DNA of 64,000 nt, from the NCBI GenBank assembly GCA_004431415.1, contig QPMI01000600.1, positions 70,055-134,054 of the forward strand, given 5' to 3'. Under the pieces are notes generated by a model. It did not search any database and had not been told where the DNA came from. It worked only from the letters and a program-made list of their open reading frames with translations. Position numbers and translations under genes: made by a program. The stretch is from Cyanophora paradoxa CCMP329 (taxonomy: Eukaryota > Plantae > Glaucophyta). Positions 1-11,888 of this stretch are shown piece by piece; within the stretch, counting starts at the first letter, position 1, and every line of letters begins with the position of its first letter.

Positions 1-1361
1 CCCGCCCCGCCCCGCCCGTCTTCAGAGAGCTGGAGCTGGAGGGCGCCTCTGATCCCGGGCGGGCGGAGCAGGTGCTGATCCCGGGCTTCCACGACGACGT
101 GCGGCCCCTCTCCCCCGACGAGGACGCCATCTACACCCAGGCCCGCCCTGTACCCATCCACTTTTGTTTGTCTCGCCTCACTCTCCGGCGCCGCAGATCA
201 CGGACTTCGACCTCGACAAGTTCTGCGAGCGCATCGGCGCCCAGCAGCTCCAGGCGCGCCCGTACCCGCCTCCCGCTTCCCCACCCCCTCCGGTCTGAAC
301 TTTTCTCGCAGGCGGAGGACGTGAAGGGGGTGCTGCTGCGGAGGTGGCGGTACCCCACGCTCACGGTGCACGGCGTGGGGCCCGACGCCGCCTGCGGGCC
401 CTCCTTCTCCGTCATCGCCAGGCGCGCCGCTGTACCCCCGGCCGTCCCCCCCCACCCCCCCTTGCGCTCTGACTCCGCCGCAGGAGGGCCGTGGGGCGCG
501 TCTCGATGCGCATCGTGCCCGACCAGAGCCCCGCCAAGATCTTCGAAGTGACGGGTACACGCCTCGCCCTCGGCTCCCTCCTCCTCCCCCCGCGAGCCTC
601 TGCCGCCCGCAGCCGCCTACGTCCGATCCGTCTTCGCCGAGCTCGGCTCCAAGTGCCCTACCCCACCCCCAAAACAATGCGATATCTGTACCCCCTGACG
701 CGCCGCAGGAACGTGCTGCAGATCCGGCAGGTGGACGCGAGCGACTGGTGGCTGGGGAACCCCCGCGGGGGCGCCTTCAAGGCCCTCGCCCGCGCCGTCC
801 AGGCCCGTACCCCCCCCCCGCTCCTCCCCCCCTCTTCTGACTCGTCTGATTGCAGGAGGTGTGGGGGGAGCGGCCGATGTACGTGCGCGAGGGGGGCACC
901 ATCCCCGTGACCCCCTTCCTCGTGCGCCCTACCCCTCCCTGCTTTCTTCCCCCTCTGAGGCCCCGCCCCTCCGCAGGAGAAGACACTGGGGGCCCCCGCC
1001 GTGCACCTTGCGATGGGGCAGTCCTCCGACCAGGTGCCCTCCCCGCCCTCCCGCACTCGAGCTCGCCCCTCCCGCCCCTGAACTTGGCCAGGCGCACCTG
1101 GCGAACGAGCGGATCCGGTACCTGAACCTCGTGAAGGGCATGCAGGTCGTCAAGGCCTTCCTCAAGGAGGCGCCTTCCCCGCGCCCCCTCGCTTCTTCAG
1201 GCGGCCTGACGCGGGGCCGGGGCCGGGGCCGGCAGGTGGGGGCGGGGCGGCTGAGCGCGACGGCGCGGGAGGACCCGTCGCCGCCCTTCGGCCTCAGCGG
1301 CCTCGCCGGCATCCCCTCGGGCGGCATGTCCTTCGCCGAGCGCCTCCGCTCCCAGCACTAG
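1..1361 (+). CDS. M20 family metallo-dipeptidase, DUG2/CNDP-like; 3' part of a multi-exon gene truncated by the window start
   Basis: Spliced exons give LIPGFHDDVRPL, RWRYPTLTVHGV, VSMRIVPDQ, WWLGNP, EVWGERPMYVREGGTIP, GQSSD|AHLANERI. These match the C-terminal motifs of M20 dipeptidases of the Dug2 type. About 9 short introns with GT or GC donors and AG acceptors. Confidence 0.85.
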
Positions 1362-1630
1362 CGAGCAGTGGCCGGGGCCCCCTGCCCCGCCCGCCCCAGC
1401 CCGCCCCAGCCCGCCCGCCCGCCCGCCGTAGTTCGCTCCGTAGAAGGCGCAGTCGTAGTAAAGGCGTTGATGTGCGTTTTAGTGAGGCTTTCGCGACCTG
1501 ACTCGAAACTCGAAGCGGCCCTGTGCATGCATTGCGCTCTCTTTGCGCTGCGCCGGAGAGGAAAGAAGACTGTGCATAGGCATTCAACCGAGACTGCGCG
1601 GGGGCGGAGCCAGCGCGGCCGCGGCCACGG

Positions 1631-4596
1631 CTACGCCTTCTTCGCCGGCTTGCCGGCCGCCTTGGCCGCCCCGCCCGCCGCCGCCGCCGCCGCCGGCTTG
1701 GCCGCCGCGGAGACCACCGCGCCCTTGCCGGCCGGCTGCGCCCCCGACTCCGCCTTGACCACCGCGCCCGCCGCCGCTGCTGCTGCCGCCGCCGCCGCCT
1801 TCCTCGCCGCCGTCGGCGGCTTGCACTCGTACACCTGCCGCGGCGTCGGTACCCCCCGAGGGGCAGGGCGGTACCCCCCTGGGACCTGGATGAGGGCCTC
1901 GGAGAGGGCGACGATCTGGGGGATGATCTCCGACACGTTCAGGTCCTGCAGGTCGTACCACTGCGCCGAGGCGCGTCAGGGAGGGGGTGCGACAGCGCAC
2001 GGACGGGGGCGGCGCCGCGCGCCTGCTCGGAGGCCTTGTGGATGGCGTAGACCTGCGGGGGGCCGTGAGCGAGCGAGCGAGAGGAGAGGGGGAGGGGCGG
2101 AAAGCGGGCCTTGTAGATGCCGGCGTTGGGCTTGCCCTCGTGCGCCACGTTCGCCACCAGGTCGTACTTCGTCGACGCCACCGCCGCCGCCCCCGCCTGC
2201 CGCTCCCCCTTCAGGCCTCCCGGCCGGGCGGAGCGGGGCGGGGCTGGGCGGGGCGGGGCGGGGCGAGCCTCGCCGGAGGGCCCCGGGTCGGCAGAGGGGA
2301 CGAGGGCGGCCCCCGCGGGGTCCGGCAGGTAGTCCTTCAGCTCCAGGTTCTTCACAGGGAAGTTCACCTGAGCCGGCGGTCGGATCGGATCGCGCTGCGG
2401 GGTGCGGGGGGCGGGGGCGCGCGGCGCACGATGGTAGGGTTCTTCTCGTCGAAGAACGTGTTCTTCGTGAACCGCTGCGCCGAAACGATTCAAGGGGCGG
2501 AAGGGGAGGGGACGGCGCCGGCGGGGCCCGGGCCGGACCTTGATGTCGAAAATGAGGTACCGGGGCAGCCGCTTGATCCGGTACCTCTTCCGCTCCTGCG
2601 GGGGTACGCCGTTGGCCGTCGGGGGAAGAGAGGGGGGGGGAGGACAGGAGTACCTGCGTGGCGTTGAACTCCTTCCACGTGACGCCGTTGTACTTGTCCA
2701 GCAGCGTGAAGAGGGGGATCTGGGGGGGAGGAGGGGTATGAGAGCCCTCGGATGCGCCGCCTGTACCCCGGCGGACAGACCTGGGGGATGATGTTGCGCT
2801 CCTGGGCGTCCTTGAAGAGGGGCGGGGGGGGCAGGTCGAGCCCCAGGAAGCTGCGGTACCCCCGCCCGTGAGGAACCGTCCACGCTTTGCCCGCGGGAGC
2901 CCGGTACCCCCCGCGCACAGGAAGGGTACGGTCTCGGTGGAGGCGATCTTGGGGAGGGTCTCGTAGTCGGGCGGGCCCTCCTCCTCCTCCTTCACCTCGC
3001 CCCCGGCCGCCTTCGCCTGCGAGCGGGGTACGCGTGAGGAACGGGAACAGAGATGGCGTACCCCAACGGGGGCGCACGGCCTCCTCCTTCTCGCGCTTGG
3101 CCTTCTTGATCTTCTCCTTGTCGAGCTTCTCGGTCAGCACCTCGACCTCCCCCTGGAACGTCTTGTAGATGATGCCTGCGCGGAGTTCGTTTGGCCCGGC
3201 CCCGTGCATATCGTCGCGGGGCCGGCGCGGGGCGCACTCGAGTCGCGCTTCTTCGTGCCCCCGAGGTCCTGCGCGAGCAGCGGCGTCGGCGCCCGGCAGG
3301 GAGGGGGGGAGGGGGGAAGCGGGAGCCAAGGGGTACCTTGTGCAGGGTGTTCAGCAGCCAGATGAGGAAATCGGAGGGGTCCCCTTGCTTCCCGATTAGG
3401 AAGCGCTTGTTCGAGACGATCGAGACCGCCTGAGCGCGGGTTCGACCCCCGCCGCGGCCCGTTTCGCGGGGATTGGGGTACGCGGACCTGCACGAACTCG
3501 TGCGGGGAGACCTGCGGGGGGTGCGGGCCCTCAGGGCGGGGCGGAAGGGGCCCGGGCGGGATCCGAACCTGGTCCTTGAAGTTGAGGGGGTTCCAGACCT
3601 TGCGCACGAGCTCGCCGAAGCGCTGCACGAGGAGGCTCTTGCACTGCGCCGGCCCTCAGCTCGGCGGGGGTGGGGCGGGAGGGGCGGAGCGGAGAGGGGT
3701 ACGCACGCTGGAGTAGTTTTCGGGGAACAGGAAGAAGTCTCGCAGGGGCGAGACGCGGACGAGGGACTGGATGACGACGTTGATGTAGTCGGTCTGCGCT
3801 CCAAAGCGCGTCAGGGGGTACGGCATCGCTTGCGCTGGGGACGGGGGTACGCGCCTCCTTGATGTTGTTGAGGCCGACGGTGCCGGGGATGAAATCCCTG
3901 CGGGCCGGGGCCTTAGCTAAGGGGGCGGGGGGGGGGGGGCGGGGCGGGGGCGCGCTTGTTCTCGAGCGTGCGCGAGTAGATGACCTCCGTGTCGAACCGC
4001 GCGACTTGCGGCAGCTTGAACGACGGGTTCAGCGCTTGCTGCGCGGCGCCCTCAGCGGGCGGGCGGGCGGCGGGGCGGGGCGGGGCGGGGCGGGCGGACG
4101 CGCCTTGACGTCCGAGAGCGACGCATCGTCGACCTCGTAGCCGTCCGGGAGACAGTAGACCTGCGCCGCCGCGGCGGCCGGTCGGTCGCGGGCTGGAGGC
4201 GCGACGCGGGCCCGCGGCCCGGGGCGGCGGAGCGGGTCTCACGTTGTCAGTGTGCAGGTTCATAAACACGTGGTGGTTCGCCTGCAGCGAGTGGAAGTAC
4301 GCGTGCGAGCCCTTGCCGCGGCCTGGTGCGATGGGCATCGGCGGCGCGGGCAGGCGGAGCGCGCGGCGAACGACCGCACCCTGGAAGTACTTGCCGCAGA
4401 CGAGGCAGGCGTACACGTTGATGTTCGTCAGGGAGACGGAGCACACCTTCTCGAAGTCGAAGTCCAGCATGTGGCGGTCGACGGTGTCCAGGTACGGGCA
4501 GACCCGCCTCTGCTTCTTGGACGACGGCTGGCCGTTCGAGGGCCCGTCCGCAGGCGCGTCCGGCAACTCCAGGTCCGCGCGGTGCTTCTCCGCCAT
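1631..4596 (-). CDS. USP39: U4/U6.U5 tri-snRNP-associated protein 2 (ZnF-UBP plus inactive USP domain), multi-exon
   Basis: CPYLDTVDRHMLDFDFEKVCSVSLTNINVYACLVCGKYFQGRG..SHAYFHSL, RFGELVRKVWNP, VSPHEF, FLIWLLNTLH, LDLPPPPLFKD, NFPVKNL, KYDLVANVAHEG. ATG at 4596, TAG at 1631. Confidence 0.95.
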
Positions 4597-5894
4597 CGCT
4601 GCTACGCGCAAATGCTATAAGCGCTGCCTGCGGTGCTCTGCAATCGCCCGAGGGCACGCCTGGCGCCGAGATCCCGAGCACCCTCGTAATTCGGAGCTGT
4701 ACCCGGAGTGCGCAGATTACAGTATCCCCGGAACAAGTCGCGATCCAAAGCTCGCGATCCGCGCGGCCGGGCGCACCAGGCAAGCGCGGAGCAACGCGCC
4801 TGCCCTTCGGTGAGTTCGTGACCGCCGTCTGCGCAGCCTCGCTGCCGCTGACCAGAATCTCGCTTCTTGCAGCGCGCCGGGGCGATCGGCAATCGTGAGC
4901 GGCTCTGGTTTCCAAGATGTTCGCGAGAATGCTCGATCTCGCACGGCGCCCTGCCTACTTTCTTGCGTCGTAACCGCTGTCGATCGCGAGCGGCCATCAA
5001 GATCGCCTTCCGCGCGATGCTGATCACGCAGGGCAGTGCCTCGTCCGACGCATGTCCATCTTCGTCCGTCAGCGCCACACAGCCGAGGTCAGCGCCCGCG
5101 CCCCTCGCCTCGGGAGGGTCTAGAAGGCTCAAGGATGAATATCTTTGTCCCAACAGTTTGATCCACTGTGATACTCGCAAAAATATGTTAGACTGCTGAT
5201 GCCATACGCTCCCTAGTTGCCCCAAGATCTGTTTCATCGGCCCCGACAGCTGACCGCGCTCTTTGCACGCCGCAGGCACTTTGCGAGGCAAGCTCCTACA
5301 CGTCATGCGTCTCCGATCGCTGTCGATTCTGTCGAGGTTCGCGGCCCAGGCCCTTTTCAGTAGGGCAGCTTTTCGCGAGCGAGCGGGCTTTTGCAAGGAA
5401 GAATTTCTCTTCGGCATACGTCCCTCGGGACTGGATGAGGCACGAAATGACTACAATTCGCAGAGCACTAAAGCCCGCCCCGATTTACATTTTAAGTAGT
5501 GCCGATGAGTGATTAATGGTAATTTGCGGATGAGGACGCATGGGGCGCCTCGCCGGGTGCATCCAACTCATGCGTTCCGTTGATTCCACTTTCTCGATGA
5601 GGCACTACCCTTTCCCCCCTCTTCACCCCTCCCCCTCGCATCCCCTCGAGCGTCGTCGCTAACGCCGCCCGCTCCCCGCAGAGGACATGCCTGGACAAGA
5701 CGCGGCCAGGCGACTTCGAATTCCCCTACGCTTCCTTCTTGCCGCCTCCTGTCCATATTAGAATTTGTGTGTCAAATGTCATAAAGAGACTTCGGTTGCT
5801 GTATCTCCGAGCGACCGCCGCCCAAGCGACGGGGGGAAAGGTTTAGCTATATAGAGGGCACGGTGCGCGGGGGGCCGGCGAGGCGGGCCGGGGC

Positions 5895-8800
5895 CTACAT
5901 CCTCGCCTGCGCCCTCTGCTCCGCGTCCTGGAGCGCCCGCCGCACGGTGTTCGAGCGCGGGTGCTGCGGCCCCAGCGTCCCCTCCAGCACTTCCAGCGAG
6001 CCCTGCGCCGGCACCCCCGCGCCCGCTCAGAGGAGCCCGAGGAGATGCGGAGCGGAGCGGAGGGCGGCGCGGGCCGGACTCGCCCGGAGGAAGGGGATGG
6101 CCTGGGCGTGCTCCCCGCGGGCGGCGAGGAGGTCGGCGATGCAGAAGGCGGCCCAGGCGGTGTCCGGGTGCCCGCCCCCCAGCGCCCTCTCCCGCAGCCG
6201 CAGCGCCTCCTGCGCGGGGCGGCCGCGTGAGGGGGCGGCCGGCGGGGAGGGGCGGGGCGAGCTCGGGGGCGGGCGCCTCGTAGAGGGGCCGGGCGCCGTC
6301 GAAGTCGCCCTGCTCCTTGAGCAGCACGCCGAAGTTCATGAGCGTCCTCGCCACCTCCGCGTGCTCCGGCCCCAGCGCCCTCTTGCAGATCCCCAGCGCC
6401 TCCTGCCCCCGGCCCGCCTCCCGTCAGGACCAGGCTGCGGCCGCGCGCTGCAGCGGGGATCCGGGGGGGGAGGGGCCTCGCCTCGTACAGGGGCCGGGCC
6501 GCGGCGTACTCGCCCTGGGCCTGCAGGACGTTGGCGAGGGCGGTCATGGTCGTCGCCACGTCCGGGTGCTCCCGCCCCAGCGCGCCCCTCCGCAGCCGCA
6601 GCGCCTCCTGCATGCAGAGGCCGCGTCGAGCGGCGCCGGTCCGGTGCGGGCGCGGGCGGGCGGCCGCGGGCACCTCCAGCAGCTGGCGCGCCCCGTCGTA
6701 GTCGTCCACAGTCTTCAGCAGGACCGCGAAGTTGTGCATCGTCGTCGCCACCATCGGGTGCTCCGGCCCCAGCGCCCTCTTGCGGATCCGCAGCGCCTCC
6801 TGAGGCCGGCGCGATCGGCGCGCCGGCAGGGCGCCGGGGACGGGCGGGCGCCGCACCTCGTACATGGGCCGCGCCGCCGCGTAGTCCCCCTGCCTCTGCA
6901 GCAGGTTCGCCAGGTTCTGCGACGTCGTCGCCACGTCGGGGTGCTCCGGCCCCAGCGTCTTCCTCCGGAGCCGCAGCGCCTCCTGCGCGAGCGGCGCTGA
7001 GATCTCAAGCCGCGGGAGGCGGGGCGGGGGCCGCGGCGGGGCGGGCCTCGTAGAGGGCGCGGGCGGCGGGGAAGTCCCCGTCGTCGAGGTGCAGGCCGGC
7101 CAGGTTCTGCATCGTCATCAGCACGTGCGGGTGCTCCGGCCCCAGCGTCTTCCTGTACGCCCGCAGCGCCTCCTGTGCGGCCGGCGCGGCCGAGCGTGAG
7201 GGACGGACAAGAATGAGAGGGGCCGGGACCGTGCCTCGTAGAGGGGGCGGGCGGCCTCGGTGTCGCCCTGGGCCTTGAGGAGGATGGCGAGGTTCTGCAT
7301 GGCGGCCGTCACGTCGGCGTGGTCGGGGCCCAGCTCCCGCCTCAGCAGCTCCAGCGACTCCTGCGCGCGCGGCAGACGCTCGCGATCGGCCGGAAATCGC
7401 GGCGGGCCGGCATCGGCGGCGGCGGCGCGCGGGCGGGGGCGGACCTGGAGGAAGGGGATGCCCTCGTTGACGCGGCCCATGGTGTGGAGCAGGCTGCCGG
7501 CGTGGCCCAGGGCCGCCGCCTTGGCGCCGGGGCCGCCCGATTCGAGCGCGCGGCCGAGGCGCGGGGCGGCCTCGTCGGCGCGGCCGCTGGCGAGCCAGAG
7601 GCCGACCATCTCGTACTCCTCCAGGCGCTCCAGCACGTCCTCGTCGCACAGGAGCTCGGCGAGGCGCTCGGACCAGGCGGGGCCCGCCCGCGCCAGCGCC
7701 CACGGGCCCTCCTCCGCCCGCCGCTGCGAGGGCTCCTGCGCCGCGAAGAACTCGCCGAGGCGCGCGTGCACGGCCGCCCGCTGCTCGGCCGACTGCCGGC
7801 CGGGCGGCGCCAGGCCCGACTCCAGCTCCGCCGCCTCGGCCGTGCAGCGGTGGAAGAAGGCGTACGGGCCGTCCCGGCAGACGACAAGGGCGAGGAAGTC
7901 ATGCCAGAAGAGACTCCAGTCGACCGCCCTGGGCCCCCCCGCGGCGTCCACGCCCACGAAGGCCTTGAGCTCGTCCTCGGCCATCCCGTGCCGCGCGCAG
8001 GCGATGGCCGACGCGACGTCCCGCACGAGGCCGGCCCCGTGGCGCGAGGCGAGGCGGCGCAGCACGGCGCGGAAGAGGTCCCGCGGCTCGCCCCCGCACC
8101 CGAGGAGCGCGGCGATGTCGGCGTCCAGGTTGGCGTGGACGGAGACACTCGAGAGCTCGTCGAGGAGGACGGTCAGGAAGAGGGCGTTGCGGCAGGCGTC
8201 CGCCCGCACGATCCGCTCGAGGCGCTCGTCGGAGAGGGCGCGCCCCTGCTCCTTGAGGACGCCCTCGACCAGCGCCCGCCTCCGCGCCTCGCTCAGCGGA
8301 GCCGCCGCCCGCGCCACGTGCGGTCGCGCCCTCGCCGCCTCCAGCGTCGGGCCTGACGGCGCCGGGCCGGGCCGCGTTGGCGGGTCGCGAGAGAGGCGCG
8401 GGCGGGGGGCGCCGCACCGGGGAGGCTGGAGACGAGGATGCGGAGGCGGGGCCCGGCGGCGGGGGGGAGCCAGGCGAGGGCGCGGACGGCGGGGTCGCCC
8501 TGGAGCTGGTCCAGTCCGTCCAGGACGAGGAGGACGCGGCCGGGCCAGCGGGCGGCGCCGTCGGCGAGGAAGGTCGAGAGGCGCGCCGCCACCTCGGCGT
8601 CCGTGCCCCGCGGGTCCACCTTCTCCAGGTCCGCGCCGGGCCACCGGCCCCGCACCTCCTCGCTGATGCGCCTGCCGGCCGCGCACGCGTGAGCTCGGCC
8701 GTTGGGGAGGGCGGGGCGCGGCGCGCGCACCAGGCGATGGGCGGGAGGAGCGCGCCGCTCTGCGAGCCGCCGATGAAGTGGACGACCGTCAGGTCGGCGG

Positions 8801-10616
8801 GGTGCGAGGCGCCCCACTCCAGCGCCCAGTTCGCGAGGAGGGCTGCCCGGCCCCGGCCCCCGTCAGATATCCGCGCGGGCGGGGCCGGGATGCGGGGCGC
8901 GGACCGCTCTTGCCGCAGCCGCCCTCGCCGTGGAGGACGAGGATCTCGGGGCCCGAGGCCGCCGCGTAGGCGCTGAGCGCGCCCATGTCCTCCGCGTTGC
9001 GCACGAAGACGCGCTGGCGCGAGGCGGCGAAAGCCTCGTGCTGCGCCCGCTCCGCCTCGAGCCAGGGCCGCTGCTTGGCGAGCGGGTGCTCCCTCTCGAT
9101 CATCTGCGCGCGGGCCGGCCCGAGGCGCTGCTTCAGCGCGCGGCGGGGAGCTCGAGCGCGGCGCGCGCGCGCGCGCACCGCGGAGAGGGCGTCGCGGAGG
9201 TCGAGGGCGAGGCGCTGGGCGTCGGCGTACTCGGCGACGGGCAGGCGCGCGGCCCGCACCTCGGCCTTCAGCTCCTCCAGGCGCCGCTCGGCATAGGGGC
9301 CCTCGCCCCCGGCCCCGCCCCCGCCCCCGCCGGCCGCGAGCCGGGCGTCCCGCATCAGCGCCGGCCCTGCCACATAAAAGAGCGTCCTGTCCCGCATCGC
9401 CTGGGAGGGGGTCGAGGCGGGGACGGAAGGGGCGGGGGCCGGGCCGGGCCGGGCCGGCGCTGCACCTGGAGGGACGGGGGCGGCGGGATCCCGCCCGGCC
9501 GCATCGCTCCGCCGAGCACGCCCGAGCGCATCTCTGCCCCCACTTGTTGAGGGGGAGGAGAAGCCGCGCAAAGCTCGGGGCAGGTCGGCGGGGCACCGAT
9601 CTCGGTCACGCTGCGGTCCTCCCAGTGGCGGATCCAGGGGAACTCGTCCGCTGCCCGCTCCAGGTTCCTGCCCGCCCCGCCCTCGGCGCCCCGCCCCGCC
9701 GCGCGGGCCGGAGGGCGGCTGGGGCGCACAGGCGGAAGAGGGCGTTGTCCGCGTTGCCGGCGGGGGCCTCGGGCTGGAGGCGCCAGCCGTAGCGAGCCTG
9801 CGTGCGGCCCGCTGCTTCGTCCGGGCGCGCGGCGGACGGGGCGCGCGCAGGACGGGCGGCACCTTGAGCAGGCCGACGAAGTGCGTGCTGCGGTGCACCT
9901 CGCGGAGGCACAGGAGGACGACCTCCCCGCCCGTGCACGCCTTCTCGTTGATGCCCCACCTGCGCCGGCCGAACTGAGCCCCAGGAAAGCCGCCCGCGCG
10001 CGCGGGACGGAGAGCGGGCGGGCCTGAGGTCGACGCAGTGGAAGAAGAGCCCGCGCTCCGCGCACATCGCCTTCAGCGTCGGGTTCACGAAGCTCCGGAT
10101 GGCGTCCCGCTCCGCCTGCATGTCCTCTGCGGCCGCGGCGCCGGCGCGGATGCGCAGAGCTCAGTTGGTGTGACAGGCCGCGGAAGTCCGTGGCCGAGGC
10201 CGGGTTCGCGCACGGAATGTCGAGGAGACGAAGATGCGCACGACGCGCTTCTGCGCCCGCTGACCGTCCCGGCTCGCGGCTGAGCTCGAGGGGCCCGGGG
10301 CAGGCGCCGCGGAGGGACCCGGCCGCGAGTCAGCTGCAGATCTAGAGGGCTGCGACCCCACGGCTTGCAAGTCCACCGGCACACCGTGCACGATGAGCTG
10401 CTGGGGATTCGAATTTGGACCAGCTGCAGGACGGCCATCCTGACGAACGGCTGCTGCTGATGCCATGGCCAGCGTTGTCGCGGCAGCTGGCTGTGCGATT
10501 GTGGCCGGCCGCGGAGGACCTGCCGCTGCCGCCGGCACGACGAAGTCGACGGTCACTTCCTTCGCCACGACGGAGGCGCCTCCGTCGTACGCTGACCGGG
10601 ATTTGCAGCACCCCAT
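5895..10616 (-). CDS. DUF4062 - NACHT/AAA P-loop NTPase - TPR repeat protein (nephrocystin-3-like, NLR-like architecture), multi-exon
   Basis: N-terminal MGCCKS (acylation-like). RIFVSSTFR..MQAER..VDLRWG..CLREV..HFVGLL..RYGW fits DUF4062. LVLHGEGGCGKSALLANWA is a Walker A and LLVLDGLDQL a Walker B. These are followed by 42-aa KLC-type TPRs (EALRxRxxxLGPEHPDVATT..NLA..L..QGDY.AARPLYE). TAG at 5895. Confidence 0.88.
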
Positions 10617-10729
10617 CGCTCAGCCAGCGGGGGCGCCTTCTGAACGGCTCCGGGCTCGCGTTTCTAGGCCTACTAGGCTAGCTCGTCGTCGTGCCGCTCA
10701 AGCGCGCGCCAGCTGCAGCTTAAGCTTGG

Positions 10730-11440
10730 CCAGGCAAGCGCATGACATGTGCCGCAGTACGTCACGTACACAGTCTACCCCCCCCCCCCCCCCCCCCCCC
10801 GAGCCTCCGGATATCGATCCGGCTCGAGCTCCGATCCGTCACATGCAGCCTCCGTGACGCCGATGGAGAGGCAGCGCTTAGCTATATATAGCTAGCCTGC
10901 ACGCGCCGCTGCCGCCGGGCCGAAACCGGGCCAAACCAGCTCGAGCTCAGGCCCAGCTGCAGCCTGCAGGCCTAGGCCTAGGTGCTGATCATGCATATGA
11001 TATCGATCATGATCATGACGTCGACCGGTGCGGCCGCGGGTCCCGGCCGCGGGCCTCCCGCGGCCGGCCCGTCGTGCGGATATCGATCGACGTCAGCCCG
11101 TCGTGCCGCAATATTTAATGCGGACCGGCCCTGCGCCCCCGGGGCCCCTCGAGCTCCCTAAGCTTATATTTATACGTATAAGCAATTACAATTAATATTA
11201 AGCTTGCGCCAACGTTAACGCGTCGATAACTGGGCCATGATCACCGCCTTAAGCTTTCCGGAGACTGGGCCGGAGTCCCCTAGGCCTAGGCCTCCATGGC
11301 CAGTCCGACACTGATCGCGAGCTCTAGATCTAGATCTAGATCTAGCAATATATTAATAGCTCGATCGCGAGGATCATCGGATCTGCAGCGCTAGCTGAGG
11401 ATATCGATCTGATCATGATCCGATAAGGATCTGATCCTAT
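10730..11440. repeat. Intergenic tract of overlapping short palindromes
   Basis: For example aggcctaggcctagg, tgatcatgcatatgatatcgatcatgatcatgacgtcgaccggtgcggccgcgg and tctagatctagatctagatctag. No credible ORF. Confidence 0.75.
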
Positions 11441-11888
11441 GATCCGCCCCGCGCCCCCTGAGCCCCCTCCCCCCCGCGCCGGGCCGCGGCTGCCCGGCCC
11501 TCCTTATATATGTAATTAGCTTGCGGCAGTCCGCCTTGCACGGTTCGGGCCCGGGGGTGCAGCACCAGGCGGCGGATACGAACTCGGAATGTATGCCTGA
11601 CGCTGAGGAAGCTCTTAAGCTTGGTGGAGGATGCCACGGCTGGCAGCGGGGGCATGACGAAGATCGCTAGCGCTGCCGCAGTGCAGCTGAGCTCGAGCTC
11701 GCGATCGAGACAAGAGACCGTTGGCTACAAGAGATCTTCGTGCGCATGCAGCTGGCCAGAGGTGAGAAAACCCGGATAAATATATATAATATATGAGCAC
11801 AACGTCAACGCTGTGATCGACGGTTTAATATCTCCGAAGCGAGAATAGGAATATTAATATGGTTCCTTCACGACCACGAATTCGACTC

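Noticed and set aside
4602-5417. 271-aa minus-strand ORF upstream of USP39
   Set aside because: No recognisable motif; a gene call cannot be supported.
10960-11350. Cloning-vector polylinker contamination
   Set aside because: No vector backbone, marker or primer sites are recognisable, sites are redundant, and the same texture recurs in many intergenic spots. Kept as a natural feature pending a vector screen.
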